Source: Clostridia bacterium
GTDB lineage: Bacteria; Bacillota; Clostridia; Oscillospirales; CAG-382
Direction of reading: 5' to 3'
DNA length: 64,000 nt
Assembly (NCBI GenBank): GCA_017516825.1
Contig: JAFXBC010000037.1
Location: forward strand, 19,824 to 83,823
Part shown: positions 25,343 to 37,300 of the stretch, one piece after another
How the letters are laid out: each line of letters begins with the position of its first letter
Position numbering within the stretch: position 1 is the stretch's first letter
Program-made: the position numbers and the translations under genes
Notes under the pieces: generated by a model
Database searches by the model: none
What the model was told of the DNA's origin: nothing
The model's input: the letters and a program-made list of their open reading frames with translations, nothing else

Positions 25343-28300
25343 TCAGGAAAGCTGTTGCATGAGAAGCACGCAGTCGTAGATGGTGAGAACGCCGTCGAAG
25401 TCGAAGTCGTAAAGCGTTTCCGTCTCGGTGTTGCCCACCAGGATGGACATGAGAAGCTCTACGTCAGCTTGGTCGACCACGCCGTTGCCGTCTACGTCGT
25501 AGGCGGGAGTCTTGTCACGGCTTTCCGTCTTGCCGCAGGCGGTACAGGAGCGTTCCTCCTTGCCGGGAGTAGTGTCGTGCCATTCCGTCCATGCGTGGCC
25601 GGTGGGATCCACGTAGTTGTCTACGTAGGTATCGCCACAGTGACATTTGTAGGTGGTAAAGCCTTTCTCCGTGCAGGTGGGTTCTGTTACCACACCTTCA
25701 TGCTTGTGTCCCGTTGCCGCGATGACTTTGGTTTCGTAGTGATCACAGTTTGCACATTCTCTGCGTTGCTCGCCGTTCACGGTACAGGTTGCTTCTTTGG
25801 CAGTCGTCCACTCGCCGTAAGTGTGTCCGGTTGCAGGAGTTTTGTCCGCTACGTAACTATCACCGCAATGACAGGTGTACGTGGTGTAACCTTGTTCGGT
25901 ACAAGTAGGATCCGTTACCACGGCGGTGTAGCGGTGAACGTGTTCCAATTTGGGAAGGATTTCTTCCTTGATCTCTCCGCAGGTTGTGCAGGTGAAGACC
26001 TTGGTGCCCGTGGTATCTTCCGTGGGCTCTTGGGTTACTACGCCTCCGTCCCACGCGTGCCCGGTCGCCGGGGTGTAATTCCCAACGTAATTGTCACCGC
26101 AATGGCAGGTGTAGGTGACGTAGCCCTTCTCCGTGCAGGTGGGGTTGGTGACCACGCTGTCGTAGTCATGGCCGGTTGCGGGAACTTTGTCTGCTACGTA
26201 GGTGTCGCCACAATGACAAGTGTAAGTCGTGTAACCGTCCTCGGTGCAAGTGGGCTTGGTGATCGTTGCTTGGTAGGAATGACCTGTGGCAGGAATGTCT
26301 TTGGTTTCGTAATGATCGCAGTTCTTGCAATCTCTGCGTTCTGTACCGCCATCGATACAGGTTGCTTCCGTGACAGTCTGCCACTCGCCAAAGCTATGTC
26401 CGGTTGCAGGAACTTTGTCTGCAACGTAGCTATCACCGCAAGCACAGGTGTAGGTGGTATAGCCTTCTGTGGTACAAGTGGGTTTCGTTATGGTTGCTTC
26501 ATACCGATGGACGTGATCCAGGGTGGGGATGACCTCCGTCTTGGTCTCGCCGCAAACGGTACAGGTGTAAAGCTTGGAACCCTCGGCTTCTTCAGTAGGC
26601 TCTTTGGCCACAACGCCTCCGTCCCAGGTGTGTCCGGTTGCAGGGGCCTTGTCTGCAACGTAACTATCGCCGCAATGACAAGTATAGGTTGTGTAACCGC
26701 CTTCCGTGCAAGTGGGTTTTGTTACCGTTGCTTGGTAATCGTGTCCCAACGCGGGAACCTTGTCCGCAACGTAGCTATCGCCGCAACGGCAGGTGTAGGT
26801 GGTATAGCCCTCTGTGGTACAGGTGGGTTTCGTTACCGCTACTTCATACCGATGGACGTGATCCAGGGTGGGGATGACCTCCGTTCTGGTCTCGCCGCAA
26901 GCGGTACAGGTGTAAAGCTTGGTGCCCTCGGTCTCTTCGGTAGACTCTTTGGTCACCACGCCTCCGTCCCAGGTGTGTCCGGTCGCAGGGGTCTTGTCTG
27001 CAACGTAGCTGTTACCACAATGACAGGTGTAAGTGGTAAAGCCTTCTGTGGTACAAGTGGGTTTGGTTACCGTTGCTTGGTAATCGTGTCCCAATGCAGG
27101 AACCTTGTCCGCTACGTAACTATCACCGCAATGACAGGTATACGTGGTAAATCCTTCTGTGGTGCAAGTGGGTTTCGTTATGGTTGCTTGGTAATTGTGT
27201 CCCAATGCGGGAACTTTGTCCGCAACGTAAGTATCGCCGCAACGGCAGGTGTAGGTGGTATAGCCCTCTGTGGTACAGGTGGGCTGTGTCACTGTTGTTT
27301 CGTACCGATGGACGTGATCCAGGGCGGGGATGACCTCCGTTTTGGTCTCGCCGCAAGCGGTACAGGTGTAAAGCTTGGTGCCCTCGGCTTCTTCAGTAGG
27401 CTCTTTGGTCACCACGCCGCCGTCCCAGGTATGTCCCAATGCGGGAACCTTATCTGCAACGTAACTGTCGCCACAATGGCAAGTGTAGGTCGTGTAACCT
27501 TCCGCCGTGCAGGTGGGTTTTGTTACTGTTGCCTTGTAACTATGCCCTGTTGCAGACATGACTTTGGTCTCGAAGTGATCGCAGTTTGCACAATCTCTAC
27601 GCTGTTCACCGTTGGCCGTGCAGGTAGCTTCCTTGACGGTTTCCCAATTGCCAAAGCTGTGTCCTGTTGCAGGAGTCTTATCCGCCACATAACTATCACC
27701 GCAATGACAGGCATACGTGGTGTAACCTTCCGCCGTGCAGGTGGATTTTGTTACTGTTGCCTTGTAACTATGCCCTGTTGCAGACATGACTTTTGTTTCG
27801 AAGTGATCGCAATTCTTGCAATCTCTGCGTTGCTCACCGTTGGCGGTGCAGGTTGCTTCTTTTGTAGTTGCCCACTCTCCGAAGCTATGACCTGTTGCGG
27901 GAACCTTATCTGCCACGTAACTGTCGCCACAATGACAAGTGTAGGTTGTGTACCCTTCTGTCGTGCAAGTAGGTTTGGTAACTTTTGCTTGATAGGAATG
28001 ACCTGTTGCGGGAATGTCTTTGGTTTCGAAGTGATCGCAGTTCTTACAATCCCTGCGTTGCTCACCGTTGGCGGTACAGGTGGCTTCTTTCGTGGTCGTC
28101 CACTCGCCAAAGGTGTGACCCTTTGCAGGTACCTTATCTGCCACGTAACTATCGCCGCAATGACAAGTATACGTCGTATAACCTTCTGCTGTGCAGGTGG
28201 GTTTTGTCACAACGGAAGTGTAACTGTGTCCCGTTGCCGCGATTGTTTTCGTCTCGAAGTGATCGCAGTTTGCACAATCTCTCCGCTGTTCGCCGTTCAC

Positions 28301-31300
28301 CGTACAAGTTGCTTCTTTTGTGGTTGCCCACTCTCCGAAGCTGTGTCCCGTTGCAGGAGTTTTGTTTGCCACGTAACTATCGCCGCAATGACAAGTATAC
28401 GTCGTATAACCTTCTGTTGTGCAAGTAGGTTTCGTTATCGTTGCCTTGTAGCTGTGCCCGGTTGCGGGAATTGCCTTTGTTTCGAAATGATCGCAATTCT
28501 TGCAATCTCTGCGTTGTTCACCGTTGGCGGTACAAGTTGCTTCCTTGATAGTCGTCCACTCTCCGAAGCTATGACCCGTTGCGGGAACCTTATCTGCAAC
28601 GTAACTATCGCCGCAATGACAAGTGTAGGTGGTAAATCCTTCTGCTGTGCAGGTAGGTGCCGTTACGGTTGTTTTGTAGCTGTGACCGGTGGCGGCGATG
28701 ACTTTGGTTTCGTAGTGATCGCAGTTTGCACAATCCCTGCGTTGCTCGCCGTTGGCGGTACAAGTTGCTTCCTTGGTAGTCGTCCACTCGCCGAAGGTGT
28801 GACCTGTTGCGGGAGTCTTATCTGCCACGTAAGTGTCGCCACAATGACAAGTGTAGGTTGTATACCCTTCTGTCGTGCAAGTGGGTTTTGTTACTGTTGC
28901 CTTGTAGCCGTGACCCGTTGCAGGGATGATTTTGGTTTCATAGTGATCGCAGTTCTTGCAATCTCTGCGTTGCTCACCGTCTGCGGTACAGGTTGCTTCC
29001 TTGGTAGTCGTCCACTCGCCAAAGCTATGTCCTGTTGCAGGAACTATGTCTGCAACGTAGGAATCACCGCAATGACAAGTGTAGGTGGTGTAACCTTCTG
29101 CCGTACAGGTAGGCTTTGTTACGGTCGCCTTGTAGCTGTGTCCGGTGGCGGCGATGACTTTGGTCTCGAAGTGATCGCAGTTCTTACATTCTCTGCGTTG
29201 CTCACCGTTGGCGGTGCAGGTAGCTTCCTTGACGGTTTCCCACGCGCCAAAGCTATGACCTGTTGCAGAAACCTTGTCCGCTACGTAACTGTCGCCACAA
29301 TGACAGGTATACGTGGTGTAACCTTCCGCCGTGCAAGAGGGTTTTGTTACTGTTGCCTTGTAACTGTGCCCGGTTGCGGGAATTGCTCTAGTCTCGAAAT
29401 GATCGCAATTCTTGCAATCCCTCCGCTGTTCACCATTGGCGGTGCAAGTCGCTTCTTCGGTAGTCGTCCACTCTCCGAAGGTGTGTCCTGTTGCGGGAGT
29501 TTTGTCTGCTACGTAGGAATCACCACAATGACAAGTATAGGTCGTGTAGCCCTCTGTCGTGCAAGTAGGTTTTGTCACAACGGAAGTGTAACTATGTCCC
29601 GTTGCCGCGATGACTTTGGTTTCGTAGTGATCGCAATTCTTGCAATCCCTCCGCTGTTCACCATTCGCGGTGCAGGTTGCTTCTTTTGTGGTTTCCCAAT
29701 TGCTAAAGCTATGTCCCGTTGCGGGAACCTTATCTGCAACGTAACTATCACCGCAATGACAAGTGTACGTCGTGTAACCCTCTGCGGTACAGGTGGGTTT
29801 TGTAACGGTTGCCTTGTAGCTGTGCCCCGTTGCCGCCACTTCCTCCGCTACGTAGCTGTCCCCGCATTCGCAGGTATAGGTAGTATATCCCTTTTCCGTA
29901 CAAGTGGGCGGCGTTACGGTTGCGGTGTAGTGACAAATATGGATGGTAAAGCTTTCTTTACGGATGGTGTATCCGTGGGTGACGTGGATGCTGAAGGTGA
30001 AATCGTAAGGAGAAGCATAGGACACCATTTCCACGGTGTAGGATTCCACCATACTGCCGAAGGAGGCTTGGATCCGGTCTTTCAAAAGTTGCAGAGCTGC
30101 TTCCTTCTCCGGCTCGCCAGTAGGATTCCACTCCATCTCTTCGACGGATTGCAGAAATTTATCCACAGGATCCTGGGTATATACAGACGGCTTGAACTGC
30201 AGGGGACTGCTGATGGCCTCCCGGATGATGCTAAGAATTTCTTCATTGACAGCGCCGGTGTACTGGCTGCCCGTGCCGGTGGCGGCGGGGCCGTTTTCTA
30301 CCGTCAATGCGTTGCCAACGTTCAGAGATCCGCCGTCGATATCCAGAACGTGGCTGTAATGATTGATGAGTTCCGAAAGAACCCCCGCGCCCATGAGGTA
30401 ACGTCCCAATTCGTAGGTAAGGTGGGTAGTGTCACGCTCCAGGAGGCAGTAAGCGTTCTTATCGTACAGCTTGGAGGCGCCAAGATAACTGCTCATGGCG
30501 TTTTGCTTGATGGTGGAGGCGTGGATCACAAAGTCGGGCATATTAGGTGTCCCCGCGGCGATGGCCTTCTCAACGTAGGCGATGTTCGCCAGGGATTTTT
30601 CGTATACCTGCTCTCTGCTCAAAACCTCCAGATAGATCTTGTTCCCGTTGCCGTCGTACAGGGCAGAATCCCCGCCGGTGGAGCGGATATCCACCCAGTC
30701 GGTAAACCAGGCGATCTCGGGGGTGCCTTGGCCTTCGGAAACGGTTCTCACCGCTTGGATGAAGGTTGCCAGCCCTGCGGCGAAGGTTTGGGGATCATCC
30801 ACCACGGATTCCATGTAGTCCTGGATGATGATCAGATCGTAGCGGTTGTTCTTCAGACTCTTGTAAGCTCCCGCAGAGTTTTGCAGTGCCTCCAGGTGGG
30901 AACGGTGGGTGGCGTTGATATTGCTGTTCCTGCCGGAATACAAGCCGATACTGCCGATGGTGGCCTTGCTGATGACGAAATCCGTCTCCAGACCTGCGTT
31001 TTGCAGATCCTTAAGGATGGAGGGCAGGAATTCGCTGTAGTCCACCGTGTGGCTGTTACCGATGCAGAGGATCCGCAGGGTCTCCAGGCGGATGGTCAAC
31101 CCCTTTTCTGCGGCGTAAGCGTAGGCAGGGGAATTGAGGTGCATTCGATAGGTCGCCGTTCCGGGCAGTGCCAAGTCGCAGAAGCCGTTGACACCGTCTT
31201 CGATGGTAACGTCGGTAATAGCGTCCATCACCACGTTCCAGGGAACGTCGGATTGCTTTGCGTAGGCAGTCATGGAGCCGTCGCCTTGTAGGCTGAGCTT

Positions 31301-34300
31301 GAACGTGCCTTTTTCTTCGCCGGCGGTGATGCGATAGGTGACGCTTTCGCCGCAGAAGCCGGAGGTCAGATCCCACAGGAATGCCAACGTGCTTTCCGCA
31401 CCGGGAATGGCAGGGGTGTAGTCCGAAAGGTTGTAGGTATTTTGGGGGACGTCTTTCACCAGAGCCAACGCTTCGTACAGGAGAGACGGGCTTGCCGCTT
31501 CTGCATTCTGCAGGGCGCTTTCCAGCTCCGACAGGGCGGGAGCGAGGTGTGCAAGATCCGTGTAGAACATGGTGACCTTGGAAACGGCGGCGGAAATCTT
31601 TCGATAGCCGTTGCCGCGGATCCAGGATTCCGTGGTGTTCAGAGTGGAAGCGGCGTAGATCTCCAAGGGTTCTTTTCGATCCGTTGTGGAGAACAGCACG
31701 GCGTGAACGGCTACTGTAGCCGTGGGGTTGTCGATGCGGATCTCGCTGATCTTATCCATGTTGGTAAGTGTATACTGCCCAACGTAGGAGATGGTTTCGT
31801 CAAAACGAACGGCGTGGATATCGGCTCTGCTTTGATACCATTCGGTAATACTGTAACGCGAGAGCTGATCGTCGGAATTGGTGTAGTCGGGCAGTCGTCC
31901 GTAGTCTTCCATGGAGGAGTTTCCGAAATCATGGAAGATCAGAACGCCGTTTTCCAGCTTATAGGCCAGATGGTCACTGTTTTTCTCCGTGGAGAGGGGG
32001 ACGGGAGACCAGCCGACGGGGATCAAGGGCTCTTTTTCTCCGCACGCCGTGCAGATACCGTTGGAGTAGCTATGCTCCGCGCTCAAAATATATACTGCAT
32101 AGTGTGCTTGGTTGCCCGTCATGGGAACGTTCAGGGCAACAGCACCTGCGGGGGCGGTGACGTAGCCGTTCTTTGCAAACTCTGCGTAGACTACGTCACG
32201 GGAGAGGGTCTGCAGAACGCCGTTTTCGCCAAACCAGGTGATCCGCACGCCGTTGGCGGTACTGCCGTTATCGGGATAAGCCCCAAAAGAGGTTGCCCAA
32301 ATGCGGTCGCCCTCTTTTACGGGGAAGGTGATAGACCAGCTGTCACCTGCGGAGGTATTGCCCCAGCCGGAGGCTGTGTAGTAGATCTTTTCGGGGGTGA
32401 GGGCCTGCCACAGGTTGGTAGCGGGGCAGTATACCTCGGGAAGCTGTTGCAGATGTCCGTCTGCGGTGAACTTGCCCTTGGCGGTGATCACCAGATCCCC
32501 GGTCACTGCGGGAATGGAGATCACACCGTTTTTGTAAGCGGTGGCGGTAATATCCACCCCGCCCATGGTAACGGTAACGGCAAGGTCTTCCCCGGTGAGG
32601 GTTTCTTCAAAAGACTTTCCTGCGGAAATGCCCTTGTAGTAGCCCAGAGAAGCCTTCGCCTGGGAAAGGCTGTGGGTCACGGTGTGAACCACGGTCTCTC
32701 CTGCGGGGAGAACAAAGGTATCGGTGAGCTTTTCCACCACCGCGGCGGTGATGTAGTCCATACCCTCCGCATTGGGGTGGATGTCATCGGGAAGCATCTC
32801 AAAGGTCACGCCGCAATCCTGCAAGGACAGATACTCCACGCCGTAATGGTCGCAAATGGCCTGCACCACGGGGCCGTACTTATCCAGCTTGGCCTGGGTG
32901 ACGTAGGAGGGCATGGGGTAGGAGGTCATGGCCAGGATCTTGGCCTCGGGGTAGAAGTATTGCAGCCGCATGATAGCCGCCACGTAAGCGTCCGCAAAGG
33001 ACTCCCACTTGGTGGCGGTGAGGTCGACTTCGGTGGGTGCGGTAGCGGGATCAAAGCTGCCCAATGCCACGCCGCGGCCCATATCGTTGCCGCCGCCGAA
33101 GAACAGGATCACGTCGGGAGTACCGTTGGAGCCCAGGTTCTTGATACGGGTGATGGAGGCCATGGCCGCATCGGGACCCAGGTCGCCGGAGTTGGTATCC
33201 TGGGTGTTCAATACCTGAGAGCCTGCCCAGCTGTCGTTGATGCCCAGCTTGGCGTTCAATTCTTGAATGGTCTGCATCCACCAGGTGTCGTTCACGTGGG
33301 TGAGCAGATTGTCCTGGGGATAACGGTCTCTGTGATCTAAGTTAAAGCCGTCCGCAACGGGAGTGTACCCTTCAAAGGTGGAGGTGCTGGCGGACAGAAT
33401 GGAGATCACCTTGCCGTCAAAGCTTTCGGGCTTGGGTTCCTGCTTGCCGCATCCGGCACAAGTACCGTTTTGGTAGACGTGGTCGCGATCAAGGAGGTAG
33501 ATTGCGTATTTTTGATCCGCGGAAGGCATGGGAACGTTCAGGGTGATGGCACCTGCGGGAACGGTGATATAGCCGTTCTTTGTAAACTCTGCGTAGACCA
33601 CGTCACGGGCAACGGTTTCCAGTACGCCGTTTTCATCGAACCAGGTAATACGGGTACCGTTTCCGTTTTCGGGCAGGTTTCCAAAAGAACTTGCCCAAAC
33701 CCGTTCGCCCTCCTTCACGGGGAAGGTAACGGAATGCACGTCGGGAGCATTGGAGAACAAGCCCCAGCCATCTACGGTGTAGTAGATGTTTTCGGGGGTG
33801 AGGGCCGTCCAGAGATTGGTCTTCTTGCAAAGATTCTCGGGAAGCTGTTGCAGGTGGCCCTCCAGCAGAGAAGGAGTGCAACCACATCCCGCACAAGCGC
33901 CGTTTTCGTAGACGTGGTCGCGGTTCAGGACGTAAAGCTCGTTATCGTCACTGCCGTTCCACATGGCGACGTTGATGGCGATGGCGCCCTCGGGGGCGAT
34001 GAGATAGCCGCCGTTTGCGGAGAATTCCTTGTAGGTTCCTGCGGGATCCATGGTCTTCACCACGCCGTATTCCCCAAAGAAGGTGACACGGATGCCATTG
34101 GACGTGGCGTGTCCGTTTTCCACCGCCTTGCCGAAGGAGGTGGCAAAGATCTTGTCCCCCGGCTCCACGGGGATGGTGACGGAGGGCACTTCTCCGGAGC
34201 TGTAAATGCTCCATCTGGTGCCGCTGGCGAAGTAATAGGGATCATGCTCCAGAACTGCCCAAAGGTTGGTATCCTTGCAGTATTCCTCGGGCATGGTCTG

Positions 34301-37300
34301 CATATGAGAAGCCAGGTCGTAGAGCTGCCAGACGCCTTTGAGGACTCTTGTCTGAACAATGCCGCAATCTGTACAGACCCGCTTTTCCTGTCCCGCACCC
34401 TCCGGTGTGGGCTTGAAGACGGTTTCCCAGGCGGACCAGGCGTGGCCGGAAACGGTAACGGTCTGATTGGTATAGGGAGAGCTTAAGGTGCCGCTTTGGG
34501 TGTCGCTGACAGCCAGCAGGTCGTAATACTCCCAGGTCAAACTGTCGGAGAGGGAGTAGGTCACTTCCTTGGATCTCCAAATGGGAGAGACCAGGGGAAC
34601 CACCAGGGTCTCGCTGCCGGGGGTGGTGTTGGCGTCGATGGATTCCACGGGGGTAAAGCCGTCCCAGGAGACGAATTCCACGGTGGGCTCCGTCTCGGGG
34701 GCTTCCAGCACGCCCAAGAGGATCAAAGCGTTGCGGACGGACTCTCTGCCGATCTCGTTGTAGCCGATCTGGTTATAGTGGATGGAATCGTGGACTGCCT
34801 TGGGGGTGGTGGGGGTGTACCAGGATTCTTTCTGGGCCACCTGGGTGGTGTAGTCCACTCTGCCGTTTTCGTAATGTGCGTTGAAATAGGCTTCTACGCC
34901 GTTGGTGCCGTCGGGCATCCAGACCCAATCGTCACCGATGTTGCAAACGCCCCAGATGTCGGAAAGGGCGGGATTGTTGATCATCCAATACTGTGCCACG
35001 CGGGGGCCGTTCATACGGAGATCAACAAAGGATTCATGGTAAGCGTAGGAGTTGGTTGCGGTTTGAACGCCGTCGCGGTAGCAGGCGGCGGTGCTTCCTA
35101 CGCGCACGGGGATGATGCCGCCGAATTCAAAGGTGGTGTCTTCGTCAAAGGCCAGATCCTTCTTCAGATTCTCGTGCATGGCAAGATACTTTTCCACGTA
35201 CCACTTGGCGGTCTGGGTTCTGTCGGAACAGCCCTGGCACCAGAAGTATCCCATGTGGGACAGGGTGTAGTGTCCCGCGGCGATCTCTTTCCGCAGAGTT
35301 TCCTGGCAAGCGCCGAACAGCAGAAGGGCTTCCTCGTAGTTTGCCTTGCCCTTTTGCCAGGTGGTGATAGAGGTACCGCCGTGGGCGGCGTTCACCACCC
35401 AGACCTTCTCCCCGGTCTGCTTCACCCATTCGTAGGCAAAGCCGCTGTCGGGACCCATTCGTCCCGCACCCTCCGCGGTCAGGGAGTTCAGAGGATAACC
35501 GCCCAGACAATCGGTGTTGCCGTTGACGTTCAGCAGACTTCCCGGGCCGGTGAGGGCGGAGGGGGCAAAGCTTGTGGCGTTGTTCACCGTCATGGCGGTG
35601 TTGCTTGCGCCGCGGTCGTCCCCGTAGGTGGAATACACCATGCCGTCGGGGCAGACGATGGATTGATTGGGGTCGCCCTCACTGCCTCGCATATTGCTCT
35701 GCCCGATGAGAAGCAGCAGGGAAATGGGAGCGGCCTTGACGGTGACGGTGTAGGTCACGCCGTCGATCTTGACCTTGGCCGTGCCGATGCCCGTGGCGAT
35801 CAGCTTATTACCGTTCAAAGTGATAACAGCGGTGTCAAGAGTACCCTCCGCCACGCCGTAACCCACTTGGTAAGAGGTGGGCACACCTGCGTCGATGATC
35901 TCAACCTCCTTCCCCGTCACGTCGTAACGATCGTCATAGGACAGGGAGAGGGAGGTGTTCTCGTGAATTTCCATCCACAGAATCTGGTTGTTGCCCAAGG
36001 CGAAGCCGGATGCACCTATGTACGGGAATACAAAATCTTTCCCGGAAAGATAACGATTGTTTTGATTTTGGATTGCGCCGTCAATGATAAGAGTTGTGGT
36101 CGAAGACACCCAAACATCGTCAATATAAATGCCGATGGTATTGGTTCCGTCTTCGGTAACAGCATTTCTGAAAGAGTATACGTGGGGCTTGGTCCAGTCT
36201 ATTTTAACCTGGCTTTGTAATACACCATAGTTTTGATACTTCCCGTCTTTATACTCGCCCACAGATAAAACACCGGTGCCCGACTGGCTTTTGAAAATAT
36301 AAAACTGTCCGGCTACACTCGATGCAGCGGTAGAAAGCGCCATAAAGCGTGTGGAATCTTCTGCATAGAAATCGACACGCCATTCTTTGTCATGCTGCAA
36401 AATAATGTTTTCGGCAAGCTTGTAGACTTGTTGCGTGGAGACTGCCTGCTTGAGGGTGTTTTCGGTAAAGCCTGCGCCGCTAACGGAAACAAGCTCGTTA
36501 TCCTTTAACTCAAAACGATAGCTGTTGTAGCTTTCTTTCCCCGCGACAGAAACCGTTTTTCCACCCACGGAAGCAGAAAGCGTACCTCCGCGGAAGCCGG
36601 AAACGGTAAGGTCGTAATAGTGATACTGAGTGCCTTCGGAGAGGGTATACGTTACACTTTTGGATTCGTAGCAAGGATACACGACGGGAACCACAAGAGT
36701 TTCCGAATTTGCGACGTTTGAGGATTTGATTTGCGTTACGCTTTTGTATCCTGTCCAGTCCACGAACTCAACCCGTGTTTGAACATCCGGCTTTTCCTTA
36801 AGCCCAAGGATGTACATTGTGTTCCTTGCCGCTTCACGGCCAACCTCGTTGTACCCTTTTTGGTAATAATGGATCGAGTTCTTGACTTCTGCGGGAGCCG
36901 TAGGCTTATACCAAGCGTCTCCTTGTTTTGTCTGGGTGGGATAATCTATCGTTCCGTTTTCGTAATGGGCTGCGAAATACTCTGCCACGCCGTCGCTTCC
37001 GTCGGGCATTGTGACCCAATCCTGTGCAATCGTCGATACAATGTGAATATCTTCAAGTTCCGGATTATTTGCCATCCAGATCTGAGCGACTCTCGGGCCG
37101 CGCATTTCCAGCTCTTTGAAGGTTGCGAAGAAGGCTTCGGAGCTATCTTCGTAAGTGCCGTGACGATAGCCGACTGCGTTTTCGTGTCCCGCCATTACAA
37201 GAATAATATTTCCGAATTCGAAGGTGACCTTGTCCGTGCTTTCGTTGATGGTTGCATCAAAAGCAAGCGCTTCCTTAAGGGCGTCGTGCATTGCGGTATA

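Noticed and set aside
25502-29925. Regular ~228-nt periodic repeats that could superficially suggest a CRISPR or satellite array.
   Set aside because: The repeats are in frame within one ORF and encode conserved Cys/His modules. There are no short unique spacers and no cas genes in the window.
25274-31291. 2005-aa ORF on the plus strand antisense to the giant gene. The same applies to other long antisense ORFs: 31442-33340, 34496-36220, 5698-8559, 11718-14912, 2423-4063, 21541-23070 and 39917-41530.
   Set aside because: They lie opposite genes with clear family motifs, SDs and signal peptides. Their products are low-complexity (G/V/A/C-rich) with no motifs. Stop-free antisense frames are expected for high-GC, repeat-rich coding DNA.
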